51,127 bases of DNA from Patescibacteria group bacterium (GTDB taxonomy: Bacteria > Patescibacteriota > Minisyncoccia > UBA6257 > GWB1-50-10): contig JBFLWN010000001.1 of the NCBI GenBank assembly GCA_040757555.1, positions 1 through 51,127 on the forward strand, given 5' to 3'. Of this stretch, positions 9,306-18,704 are shown one piece after another; the stretch's first letter is position 1; every line of letters starts with the position of its first letter. The position numbers were made by a program, and so were the translations under genes. The notes under the pieces were generated by a model. The model saw nothing but the letters and a program-made list of their open reading frames with translations, was not told the origin of the DNA and made no database searches.

Positions 9306-10586
9306 TCAACTCTCAATAATATCAAACTCCGGAAGAGGAACAATAAATTTACCTCCTTTTTTTAAATATTCCACCTCTCGATCTTTAAATTCATTAATAA
9401 AATGCCACGGGAGAACCAAAAAATAATCGGGTTTTTCGCTCCGCGCTTGCTCTTCAGAGATAATAGGAATATTTGTCCCAACTGTCTTTTTTCCCCACTT
9501 GTCGGGATTGCGATCGGCTATTGCGACAATTTTTGTATGATCGAGATCAAAATACTGCAAGAGCGTGTTCCCCTTTGTTGAGGCCCCATATCCATAAATC
9601 TTCTTTCCGTTTTCAATTTCCTGATTCACAAACTTCTTTACTTTGTCGCGTATCACATTTATCCTCTCCACAAACGCATCATATGAGGCACGATTATTTA
9701 CCCCTATCTGCTTCTCTTGTTCTCTAAAATCCCTAACCCTCTCTTCCATTTTCTTGTCTATATGAAAATCCTCCCCTCTTCCCTTTCTGCGAATATAGAA
9801 ACGCAAACTACCTTCATTTATCGGACGGTATTCGGCATCAAAAACCTCAAGATCATGACGAGCGAGTAAATTTTCAAGTGAAAACATTGAATAATACTCT
9901 AAATGTTCGTGGCAAATTCCATCAAACGCATTTCGTTCCAAAAATGACGGCAGATAGAGCATCTGGATAATAATAAGTCCATCCTCATCAAGACACTTCA
10001 CCATGTCGGCGACAAATGAGTTTGGACCGTCTAGGTCGTAAAACATTGCAATTGCAGTGATCACTTTTGCCTTTTTCTTTCCATATTCTTTCTGCCACGC
10101 CTCATAATTGAAAAAATCAGTAATTACTTTAGTGACCCCCTCCAATCCATATTTTTCTACAAGATTTTTTGCGGGTTCAAATCCAATTGTTTTTATTTCC
10201 TTGTTCTTATAAAACCTTAAAAGCGTACTATCATTTGATCCTATATCAATAACATAGTCTCCAGACGCAAGTGGGATAATGGACTCAACTTTATTCACCA
10301 CATCAGTGAGTTCATCATTCATCGTTTTATTGATGCCGGAACGATACCAATAATTCCGATACATCGCTTCATGGGAAACAGTGTGCTTTGTTTGTAAAAG
10401 TCCACACCCTCCCTTCGTTGGATCACAAAAAACAAGCTCAAGGGGCGCCCTTGCATCATCGGCGGTATTATCTTTTAAATCCAAAAAATCAGAAACAAAA
10501 AGATCCCCCAACGATAAAATCGGAACCAACTCTTTTGAGTTACATACCCGACATGAGTCGATAATGCGCACAATCTCAGCTTTCAT
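9306..10586 (-). CDS. NDP-sugar C-methyltransferase (Zn-binding, TcaB9/KijD1-type)
   Basis: CRVC...C...C Zn site, YWYRSG, DIGSND, HEHLEYY, YGASTKGNTLL, LPWHF, GGKFIVPLP. Confidence 0.88.
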   Translation of the reverse strand: MKAEIVRIIDSCRVCNSKELVPILSLGDLFVSDFLDLKDNTADDARAPLELVFCDPTKGGCGLLQTKHTVSHEAMYRNYWYRSGINKTMNDELTDVVNKVESIIPLASGDYVIDIGSNDSTLLRFYKNKEIKTIGFEPAKNLVEKYGLEGVTKVITDFFNYEAWQKEYGKKKAKVITAIAMFYDLDGPNSFVADMVKCLDEDGLIIIQMLYLPSFLERNAFDGICHEHLEYYSMFSLENLLARHDLEVFDAEYRPINEGSLRFYIRRKGRGEDFHIDKKMEERVRDFREQEKQIGVNNRASYDAFVERINVIRDKVKKFVNQEIENGKKIYGYGASTKGNTLLQYFDLDHTKIVAIADRNPDKWGKKTVGTNIPIISEEQARSEKPDYFLVLPWHFINEFKDREVEYLKKGGKFIVPLPEFDIIES

Positions 10587-10637
10587 AATAATCTCTATAA
10601 TAACAGGAAAAAAATGCCCCGTCTATAAATTTTTTTA

Positions 10638-11642
10638 CTACCCACTTATTCCCCTAAACCGAAAGCGGCGGTGGCTAAAAAATAATTTATAGATTTTATA
10701 TAACCCCTTATTTATCCAAAGTGGTATTAGAAATGGTATTATTGCAATCCAAAATTCGGGGAAACTCCAATATAATTTAAACATTTTCCACCGTTTTCCT
10801 TTTGGCGTATCCCACCCCCCAACCCATCCAACTAACATCCCTCGCCAAAGCGATGCAAAATTTACCGCTAAAATTTTTTTAATGGAACTTTTTTTGAATT
10901 TACTCTCAAACTCTTTCACAATATTGTAAAAATCTATGCCATACACATTGAATCCTTCGTTTTTTATCTTCCCGGTTTTTGTAGTTATTTTCTTTACTTC
11001 ATCAATTGTTGTCGGATGACAAAGAACATACGGGCCACGCAAAAAATAAAATCTCCCCGAACCACTGAGAACATGTAAAATCGGAACCAGACCAGCAAAA
11101 GAAAAACCAACAATATGTCTTCTGGCTTGTACTAAAGAATTTGCCGCTTCATTTCTACTAAAGACTAGTGTTGATAAGAGACCGATATTTGTTCCGAGTA
11201 CCTCAAGAACTTCATTTCCGTCTTTAAAAAAACCGTCATCGCGCCTTATTGCCAGATTATTCAGATCTTGAAAACCAAAATTTGCCCAAACAAAAGTAAT
11301 CTCCGGATTTTTTTTCAATAACTCGAGAACGTGAGTAACAGCATTCGGCATAATTTCATCATCATCACTAAACCACCATACATATTTACCTCGAGCATTC
11401 TCTATTAAAAACAAATTTGCCGCATCAATTCCAATTTTTTCTCCTTTAAAATACCGAAAATTAATTTCCTTCCCTGAAATCAATTTTTCAAAAATTTCTT
11501 TTGTCTCAAGATTTAAACCATCATCTCTTATCACTAACTCAACTTCACTTGTAATTTGTGGCAACAACCCCCGAAACATGCGTTCAAACTCTCTTGGACG
11601 ATTATAGGTCGGTATACAAATACTTATAAGAGCCTCACTCAT
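10638..11642 (-). CDS. glycosyltransferase family 2 (RfbV-like)
   Basis: ISICIPTYNR, IRDDG, ARGKYVWWFSDDD. Confidence 0.82.
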   Translation of the reverse strand: MSEALISICIPTYNRPREFERMFRGLLPQITSEVELVIRDDGLNLETKEIFEKLISGKEINFRYFKGEKIGIDAANLFLIENARGKYVWWFSDDDEIMPNAVTHVLELLKKNPEITFVWANFGFQDLNNLAIRRDDGFFKDGNEVLEVLGTNIGLLSTLVFSRNEAANSLVQARRHIVGFSFAGLVPILHVLSGSGRFYFLRGPYVLCHPTTIDEVKKITTKTGKIKNEGFNVYGIDFYNIVKEFESKFKKSSIKKILAVNFASLWRGMLVGWVGGWDTPKGKRWKMFKLYWSFPEFWIAIIPFLIPLWINKGLYKIYKLFFSHRRFRFRGISG

Positions 11643-11674
11643 ATCAAATAGTATAATAGAAAACGTGAAAAATT

Positions 11675-11702
11675 AAAAAACCCGCCTTTTAAGCGGGTTT
11701 TT
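11675..11702. terminator. intrinsic terminator after fabH-like gene
   Basis: AAAAAACCCGC-cttttaa-GCGGGTTTTT. Confidence 0.75.
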
Positions 11703-11709
11703 GAAATAT

Positions 11710-12681
11710 TTACACGGAGAATTTCCTTGTATATTGCCACCTGACTACAATCTGTATACACTCCCAACCAGCACCGAGAGCAGATAAAACTACTGCATCA
11801 CCTTTTTTTATTTTTCCACTACTCAAAGCATCATCTAAGGTAAGTGGAACGGAAGCAGCTCCAGTATTACCATATTTATCAAGTGTCATATGCGTCTGAT
11901 TGTTTTGAATTCCAGTTTTTTCCATCACCCGTGACAGAACTCCCAGGCTCGCCTGATGAAATATATAGTAATCATATTTTCTTTCGAGAGAATTAACTTG
12001 TTCAATTAATAACTCTGTGGCTCTGTTTTTAGCTAATTTTCTATTCATTACAAAATAATCAGATTTAAGAGCGAAAATCTCTGAGGCACCATAACTACCC
12101 GCTAATGTTATTTCTAAACAATCAGGTAATTCGGATTTTTCTAATACTACCGCCCCCGCTCCATCTCCAAAAATAATTACCGTATCGCGATCTTTTGGGT
12201 TTTGAATTCGAAACATCGTATCAGAGCCAATTATTAATGCGGTTTTTGCGTCCCGACTATTATGAAGTAAAAGAGCTGCATTTATTAATGCCGCTGAAAA
12301 AGAGGCACATGCCGCATTTATATCAAAAGCAGGTGTTCTATCTGATGCACCCAATGACTCTCGAATAAATGCCCCTATTGCGGGTAACCTATATTCCGCC
12401 GTTTGTGTTCCAACAACAATTAAATCCAGATCTCCTGCAGTTTTACCTGCTTCCATAAGGGCTCTCTTTGCTGCCTCAAGGGCCATTGTTGAATTTCCAA
12501 AATGATCATCCAACACTCTGCGTTCCTTAGTACCTACGTGTTTTATAATCCACTCATCGGTTGAATCGAGTTCCCCTCTCTCTATAACATCAATGTTTGT
12601 GAGAATGCGTGGGGGGACATAGCCTCCAACCCCAGTTATCCGAACATTGATATTTTTAATCGTTAATGAATTGGTTGTCAT
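11710..12681 (-). CDS. fabH: 3-oxoacyl-ACP synthase III family protein
   Basis: ITGVGGYVP, GTKERR, catalytic Cys (AACAS), FGDGAGAVVL, HQAS, YGNTGAASVP. Confidence 0.88.
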   Translation of the reverse strand: MTTNSLTIKNINVRITGVGGYVPPRILTNIDVIERGELDSTDEWIIKHVGTKERRVLDDHFGNSTMALEAAKRALMEAGKTAGDLDLIVVGTQTAEYRLPAIGAFIRESLGASDRTPAFDINAACASFSAALINAALLLHNSRDAKTALIIGSDTMFRIQNPKDRDTVIIFGDGAGAVVLEKSELPDCLEITLAGSYGASEIFALKSDYFVMNRKLAKNRATELLIEQVNSLERKYDYYIFHQASLGVLSRVMEKTGIQNNQTHMTLDKYGNTGAASVPLTLDDALSSGKIKKGDAVVLSALGAGWECIQIVVRWQYTRKFSV

Positions 12682-12721
12682 ATAAATCTCCTATATAATG
12701 TGGTTTTAAAAAACTAACCAT

Positions 12722-12750
12722 AGTGTAAGTCGATCCGATTAATATTGCAA
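12722..12750 (-). promoter_or_regulatory. sigma70-type promoter for fabH-like gene
   Basis: TTGCAA-17 bp-TACACT on the minus strand. Confidence 0.5.
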
Positions 12751-12830
12751 ATTTAATTAATAATCAAACAAAATCCAATAACATGAAATGTATTGAAAGA
12801 TACTCCAAGCCATTGAACCATTACGCAGGG

Positions 12831-12859
12831 TTGACAACATAGTAACTGCATCTTAAAAT
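12831..12859 (+). promoter_or_regulatory. sigma70 promoter for GNAT gene
   Basis: TTGACA-17 bp-TAAAAT, 25 bp before the ATG. Confidence 0.7.
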
Positions 12860-12884
12860 AGTCCTAGCTACTCAACAAAAAAGG

Positions 12885-13370
12885 ATGGAAGCTATGAAAG
12901 AAAAAATATCGCCAACTGAAAGGTTGGATATCGATAAAGAAATGAATTTCGAAGAATTTTATGGACATTATGTGAAACCTTATTTGGACATGGACTACAT
13001 CTTTGTCCCCGAAGAAGGGTATGTCGCATGGAGACGTGGTACCGGAGAAAATGTAGAGGTACTCCATATCAGGGCATTCAAAACAGGAAGAGGTCTCGGA
13101 GTCTTGTTAGCACAAGCTATGATTCATGAACTCAAAAAAAATCCTCCTTATTATTCTGTGTTTGGCTTTGGATTAGCTTCTAATCTCCCACCACAAAAAG
13201 TGTGGAGAAAGGTTGGATTTGACATTGAAATTACGAAAGCTCCATACAAGGGGGGGGCCGCATTTCTCGTCTCTCAATCATTTGAAATTCTTGTCAAAAA
13301 ACTGGAAGTTGATGGAGATGAAGAGAAGATCACCGCGCTTCTTGCAAGAGCCATAAGGCCAAAGTTATAA
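12885..13370 (+). CDS. GNAT-fold acetyltransferase-like protein
   Basis: VEVLHI..KTGRGLGVLL (motif A), N...QKVWRKVGF; own promoter and terminator. Confidence 0.65.
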   Translation: MEAMKEKISPTERLDIDKEMNFEEFYGHYVKPYLDMDYIFVPEEGYVAWRRGTGENVEVLHIRAFKTGRGLGVLLAQAMIHELKKNPPYYSVFGFGLASNLPPQKVWRKVGFDIEITKAPYKGGAAFLVSQSFEILVKKLEVDGDEEKITALLARAIRPKL

Positions 13371-13374
13371 ATAT

Positions 13375-13405
13375 AAACCACCTCATAATATGCGAGGTGG
13401 TTTTT
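13375..13405. terminator. intrinsic terminator between convergent genes
   Basis: AAACCACCTC-ataatatgc-GAGGTGGTTTTT. Confidence 0.75.
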
Positions 13406-13453
13406 CTATAGAAAACACAAAAACAAAAAATACTTAGAATTAATGCAAATACA

Positions 13454-14572
13454 TCACTTCATAAGTATCTCATCCAATTGTGATGTCACATATAATAACT
13501 CCTCTTCTGAGATTTCTGGACCACTCGGAAGATAAAATCCATTCTCTCCTATTCTGTTTGCAATCGGACACATATCTTTATTCATCAATCCTTTTTCTAT
13601 AAAAATCCTCTGCATATTAGCTGGAGTAAACGCCTCCCGTGTTTGTATACCTCTTTGTTCAAGCTCATTCATAATCAACTTTCTTTTTCCCTCAAGAGAC
13701 CCTCTTAAAACCACCAAATACATCCAATACACATTTTTTGCATATTGTTTCTCAACTGGGGGTTGTAAATCCTTAATTCCCCCAAATTTCTTTTGGTAAA
13801 ATGCGGCTATATTTCTTTTCAGTTCTATAACTTTTTCAATATTTTCAAGTTGGGCGCATCCGACTGCCGCTTGGAAATTTGTCATCCTGTAGTTAAACCC
13901 AACTGCTACATGCATAAATCGACTTTCCTTATCTCCATACGCAAGAGATTGTAAGACTCTTGCCTTCTTCGCCAATTCCTTATTATTTGTGGTGATCATA
14001 CCCCCCTCTCCAGTCGTTAAAATTTTATTTGCATAGAAACTAAAACACGCAATGTCGCTTAACGAACCGATTTTTTTTCCTTTATATAGTGCCCCATGTG
14101 CCTCAGCCGCATCTTCTATAACAAATAAATTATATCTCTTCGCAATTTCAAAAACAGGATCCATGTCCACTGGATGACCATAAATATGCACCACAATAAT
14201 AGCTTTTGTCTTCGAGGTAATCCTTTCTTCCAATAGAGCTGGGTTCAAATTCCACGTATCTTCCTCAATATCAACTGGAATCGGTTTTGCCCTCTGATAA
14301 AGTACGGCAAAAAACGTCGCCATATTTGTAAATGTTGAGACAAGAACCTCATCTCCATCACTAATTCCGAGTGTTGCAAGCGCAAGATGGATAGCGGTAG
14401 TGCCATTTGTTGTCGCAACTCCATATTTACACTCACAATAAGAAGCAAAATCGTTTTCAAAGCGGGAAATAAACTCTCCTGCGGTACCAGAAATTTCAGT
14501 GCGTCTAATTGCTCGCGAAACATATTCGTTTTCTTTTCCAGAAAAAAGTGGTTTTGAAACTGGAATATTCAT
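13454..14572 (-). CDS. DegT/DnrJ aminotransferase, GDP-perosamine synthase-like
   Basis: NGTTAIHLAL, EDAAEAHGA, SFYANKILTTGEGGM, GFNYRMTNFQAA; follows gmd. Confidence 0.85.
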   Translation of the reverse strand: MNIPVSKPLFSGKENEYVSRAIRRTEISGTAGEFISRFENDFASYCECKYGVATTNGTTAIHLALATLGISDGDEVLVSTFTNMATFFAVLYQRAKPIPVDIEEDTWNLNPALLEERITSKTKAIIVVHIYGHPVDMDPVFEIAKRYNLFVIEDAAEAHGALYKGKKIGSLSDIACFSFYANKILTTGEGGMITTNNKELAKKARVLQSLAYGDKESRFMHVAVGFNYRMTNFQAAVGCAQLENIEKVIELKRNIAAFYQKKFGGIKDLQPPVEKQYAKNVYWMYLVVLRGSLEGKRKLIMNELEQRGIQTREAFTPANMQRIFIEKGLMNKDMCPIANRIGENGFYLPSGPEISEEELLYVTSQLDEILMK

Positions 14573-14577
14573 AACTA

Positions 14578-15054
14578 TTAAAATAAAAAATCTTTGAGGT
14601 AATTATTTGGGTTATATTCTTTGTTTGATATCTCAATAAGCCGAGCTTTTTCAGAAACTGCCATAAATGCGAGTATGCATCCCGGTGGAATTATTGCCAC
14701 ATCCCCACCAAAAAGCATTTTTTCATAAATTTTTTTATCATTCCTATCCTTATATCTGAACCTAAAATATTTCTTTTTTTTATCCCCAAATATAAGAACG
14801 ATTTCCCATTGACCCGAATCTTTAGGGTGCCCGTGATTCCCTACAATTAATTTTTTTGAAACCGCCTCTCTTGAAAAATCAATTATTTTTATCTGTTTTA
14901 TTGGAAATGGAAATTTTAAATTATTCACCAAACCAACAATAGAGCGACGTTCATCTACGTTCTCAAATGTATTCTTCGAGGACAATACCTTCACCCTTGC
15001 TGTAAGGCGAGCATCAAGCTTATATTTCAAATTGTTCTTTTCGCTCATAATCAT
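14578..15054 (-). CDS. cupin-fold sugar isomerase/epimerase-like protein (FdtA/WxcM-like)
   Basis: DERR, GNHGH, E, IIPPG motifs; located between gmd and the aminotransferase. Confidence 0.55.
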   Translation of the reverse strand: MIMSEKNNLKYKLDARLTARVKVLSSKNTFENVDERRSIVGLVNNLKFPFPIKQIKIIDFSREAVSKKLIVGNHGHPKDSGQWEIVLIFGDKKKKYFRFRYKDRNDKKIYEKMLFGGDVAIIPPGCILAFMAVSEKARLIEISNKEYNPNNYLKDFLF

Positions 15055-15060
15055 CGATTT

Positions 15061-16086
15061 TTATAAACCCAGATCACTCTCATACATCATTTTTACAAGT
15101 TCCTTGAATTTTGTCTTTGGTTCCCATCCGAATGCTTTTTTTGCCTTTGAGTAGTCACCGAGAAGTACGTCGACCTCTGCGGGACGGAAATACATAGGAT
15201 CTATCGCAATAACAGTTTTCCCAGTTTTTTTATCAATTCCCTTTTCATCTAATCCACTTCCCTCCCATACCAAATCAATGCCCGCAAGTTTACACGTTTC
15301 TTCAACAAACTCACGAACGGTGTGTGTTTCGCCCGTTGCGAGAATATAGTCATCCGGTTTTTCCTGTTGCATCATCATCCACATTCCCTCCACATAATCT
15401 TTTGCATATCCCCAATCTCGCTTTGCCTCCAAGTTTCCAAGAAAAAGAGCCTCTCCCCCTCTTTGCATATAACTTGCAATTCCCGCTGTAATTTTTTTTG
15501 AAACAAAATTTTCTCCCCGTCTCGGACTCTCATGATTAAAAAGAATTCCATTACACGCAAACATTCCATAACTTTCACGATAATTTACCGCCATCCAATA
15601 TGCATATACCTTCGCAACTCCATATGGACTTCGCGGATGAAATGGTGTTGTTTCTTTCTGTGGATTTTCCTGTACCATACCAAACATCTCCGAACTCGAT
15701 GCCTGATAAAATTTCGTTTTCGGACTGTCATGCCAAATCGCTTCCAAAAGACGAGTTGTTGAAATACCCGTTACATCACCGGTAAACTCGGGAATATCGA
15801 AACTGATGCGAACATGCGATTGTGCACCAAGATGATACACTTCGTCTGGACGAATATCTCGCATAATTCTATGAAGAGAACTTGCATCTCCTAGGTCTCC
15901 GTAGTGAAGAATAATCTTATTTTCCTTGTTGTGTATATCAGGAAAAAGATGACTGATTCGTTGACGATTAAATGTACTCGTTCGTCGGATAATCCCGTGA
16001 ACCTCATACCCCTTTTCTAACAAAAATTCAGCGAGATATGAACCATCTTGACCAGTAATCCCTGTAATAAGAGCTTTTTTATTCAT
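15061..16086 (-). CDS. gmd: GDP-mannose 4,6-dehydratase
   Basis: [57 protein letters not shown]. Confidence 0.95.
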   Translation of the reverse strand: MNKKALITGITGQDGSYLAEFLLEKGYEVHGIIRRTSTFNRQRISHLFPDIHNKENKIILHYGDLGDASSLHRIMRDIRPDEVYHLGAQSHVRISFDIPEFTGDVTGISTTRLLEAIWHDSPKTKFYQASSSEMFGMVQENPQKETTPFHPRSPYGVAKVYAYWMAVNYRESYGMFACNGILFNHESPRRGENFVSKKITAGIASYMQRGGEALFLGNLEAKRDWGYAKDYVEGMWMMMQQEKPDDYILATGETHTVREFVEETCKLAGIDLVWEGSGLDEKGIDKKTGKTVIAIDPMYFRPAEVDVLLGDYSKAKKAFGWEPKTKFKELVKMMYESDLGL

Positions 16087-16123
16087 AAGAAAATTATATC
16101 CCTTGCCCCTAAAAATTGGAAGA

Positions 16124-16891
16124 TTACAAAGAAAAATCTAATACAAGGGGGAGGTGATCCGAAACGGCAATATTCGGAAGATAAAATTTTTGAACCATAA
16201 CATCTGGAGAAGTAATTACATAATCAGAAACGTGTTCATCCAATTTGTGCATGATACTCCGAGTATTTTTAATATTAAATTCTTTTATAAGACTTTTCAT
16301 TCCATTTTCAAGCATTTTCAGACTCTTTGTCTCCGGAAATAAATTAAAATCTCCACATAATATTTTCGCGGTGTTTTTATTTTTTAAAAAGTCTATAATA
16401 ATCTCCGATTGTCTCAATCTCTCCGGTGTATCTGTCTTTGGCCACAAAGGAACTCCATGTATATTACAAACGATTAATTCCTTCTCTTTATCTCCAAAAA
16501 GTTTTATATACTGTGCGTTATACGGAAGCGTCTTCTCATTATTTCCTTCCATACCGTTTCGCTCTCCAAAAATAAAAAAATCTTCAAATGATTCCACTTG
16601 AATTCCTTTTCGAACAAATGTTGCTAAACCAAAGGAAATACGATTGTCTATCCTATTTTTATAATCATACCCATCCTGCATCGGTGAAAAATAACCAGAA
16701 AAATTCGGCAATTGTTTTTCAATTTCCTGAAAAATATTATATCTTCTCTCAGGTAATTCCGACTCAGAAAGTTGAGACGAAAATACTTCTTGTAAACAAA
16801 ATATATCTACTTTCTCTGACTCTCTTTTTATGAATCCAATAACGTCGTCAAAAACCGTCCCTCCCCAAATGTTTAATGAAACTAAACGCAT
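16124..16891 (-). CDS. endonuclease/exonuclease/phosphatase family protein
   Basis: SLNIW, CLQEV, CGDFN, SDHLP. Confidence 0.88.
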   Translation of the reverse strand: MRLVSLNIWGGTVFDDVIGFIKRESEKVDIFCLQEVFSSQLSESELPERRYNIFQEIEKQLPNFSGYFSPMQDGYDYKNRIDNRISFGLATFVRKGIQVESFEDFFIFGERNGMEGNNEKTLPYNAQYIKLFGDKEKELIVCNIHGVPLWPKTDTPERLRQSEIIIDFLKNKNTAKILCGDFNLFPETKSLKMLENGMKSLIKEFNIKNTRSIMHKLDEHVSDYVITSPDVMVQKFYLPNIAVSDHLPLVLDFSL

Positions 16892-16900
16892 TACTACACT

Positions 16901-17950
16901 TTATTGAAGCGAGATTGATATTGCAAGCATTTTTGACAATTGCTCTCTCTGACTATACCCACTCTTCAAACACCTCTCTCTCCCAGCACGAGCAATCTCT
17001 CTTCTCTTCTCATCATTTTCAAGATAAAATCTCACTTTTTGAAGCATTTCCTCATTCGAATCAAAAAACTCCGCTTCCTTTCCTTCCTCAAAAAAATCCA
17101 AATGTCGCTTTGTTCTTTCACCAAGCATAAATCCACCGCATGCAGGAATTTCAACACTGCGACTTGTCACTTCGTCCCGGTTTATCTTACGCAAAAAACA
17201 CAAATTTATTTTTGTCGCATTCATCGCTTTTACATAATCCTCTCCATAAGCCGCTTTGTTTTTTATAATAAGGTTTTTATGTTTATCCCTCCAACCACTC
17301 CATCCATTTCCCCACACTGTTACCGTTACTCCATGCTCCGCAAGATATAACATTTGCTCTGCTCTATCGTTTTCAAATGTACCTATAAAACTAACATCGC
17401 AAGCGAAATTTCTCTGATCGTCATCTGTAAGTATAAGTGGCCTATGTAATCTTTCATCATATGAATCCAAAAAAAGCTCTGTTTTCCGCGCACCAAGCAT
17501 TTTTAACTCAGAAAGATTATATACTTTTGTGGTAAAGACAACGTCATAGTATTTAAGTCCCCAGACATACCACCACGATCGATTATGCTTTGCATACATA
17601 TCATCTTCTGAGCACGAAACAAGAATACATTTTTGTGTTTTCTTTTTTATATATCGCAATATTTTCGGATAAATAGTAACGCCCTTATCTATCCAGATAA
17701 TGTCAAATCCTTTCTGATCTACTGTTTTTTTAATAACGCAATTTTCGTTATTTGCGTTAAGAGGAAGTTTTAATTTCCAAAAAACACGGGATATAAACGA
17801 TGGATGATCGATTCCTGCAATAAACGGGACGGGAACTGAGGAAACACGCGAAACGTTATGACCAAGTATTTCGAGTGTTTCGCACCGCTGAAGACTTCTC
17901 CCCCCTTCGTTTAAGTCTCCGACAAATAATATACTAAAAGTCTTTTCCAT
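16901..17950 (-). CDS. CgeB-like glycosyltransferase (GT-B)
   Basis: DVSFIG, KINL, RSVEIPACGGFML, FEEGKE..F; start moved to MEKTF (17950) to avoid overlap. Confidence 0.82.
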   Translation of the reverse strand: MEKTFSILFVGDLNEGGRSLQRCETLEILGHNVSRVSSVPVPFIAGIDHPSFISRVFWKLKLPLNANNENCVIKKTVDQKGFDIIWIDKGVTIYPKILRYIKKKTQKCILVSCSEDDMYAKHNRSWWYVWGLKYYDVVFTTKVYNLSELKMLGARKTELFLDSYDERLHRPLILTDDDQRNFACDVSFIGTFENDRAEQMLYLAEHGVTVTVWGNGWSGWRDKHKNLIIKNKAAYGEDYVKAMNATKINLCFLRKINRDEVTSRSVEIPACGGFMLGERTKRHLDFFEEGKEAEFFDSNEEMLQKVRFYLENDEKRREIARAGRERCLKSGYSQREQLSKMLAISISLQ

Positions 17951-17957
17951 AGTTTTT

Positions 17958-18704
17958 TTATTTTTTATATGCAAAAAAATCTCCCGCACTTTCAAGCGAC
18001 TCTTCTCCAATTGGCTCAATAATATATCCAAGCGACGTAAGTATCGAATAAAAATTTTCTGGATCTCCCTTCTTATACGAAGCCTCTAGTATGATTTTTG
18101 GATGATATTTTTGAAGTGTTATCATTGCTCCGGTCAAAACCCCTTCCTGAAAACCCTCAACATCTATTTTTATCACCGATGGCGGCAAAATAAGTTTGTC
18201 ATCTACCAATCGATCAATTGTTACCATCTTTATAGGATACGCTCCCTTACTACTCAATTTACCCATAAAACTATTTTCGCCCTCATCAAACGATGCATCT
18301 CCCTCACTATCAGAAACTGCGGCTTCAATGACAACTACATTATTACATCCATTTAAAGCAATATGTTTATTTAAAAAACTAACATTCCTTTTTAATGGCT
18401 CAAAAGCAAAAATCCTTCCACTTTTTCCAACAAGTTGTGAAGCAAGAATTGTAAAAATACCGACATGGGCACCAATATCGAAAAAAACATCGCCCTCTTT
18501 CAAAACTTTTTCCAAAATTTGTTGGTGTTCGCGCTCGTATGTTCCAAGCCAATATCCACTTACCCCCGAATTTACTATCCATTTTTTTCCTCGTAATGGC
18601 CCTTGAAAAATTCTTATAATCTCAGGTTTTGGGAATATGTTTAGTACTTTACGCAATATCTTTCCTGCAAAACCCCTGTTTGATATTTTTGAAAAATTGA
18701 TCAT
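17958..18704 (-). CDS. FkbM family methyltransferase
   Basis: FFDIGAHVG, FAFEP, IKIDVEG. Confidence 0.9.
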   Translation of the reverse strand: MINFSKISNRGFAGKILRKVLNIFPKPEIIRIFQGPLRGKKWIVNSGVSGYWLGTYEREHQQILEKVLKEGDVFFDIGAHVGIFTILASQLVGKSGRIFAFEPLKRNVSFLNKHIALNGCNNVVVIEAAVSDSEGDASFDEGENSFMGKLSSKGAYPIKMVTIDRLVDDKLILPPSVIKIDVEGFQEGVLTGAMITLQKYHPKIILEASYKKGDPENFYSILTSLGYIIEPIGEESLESAGDFFAYKK

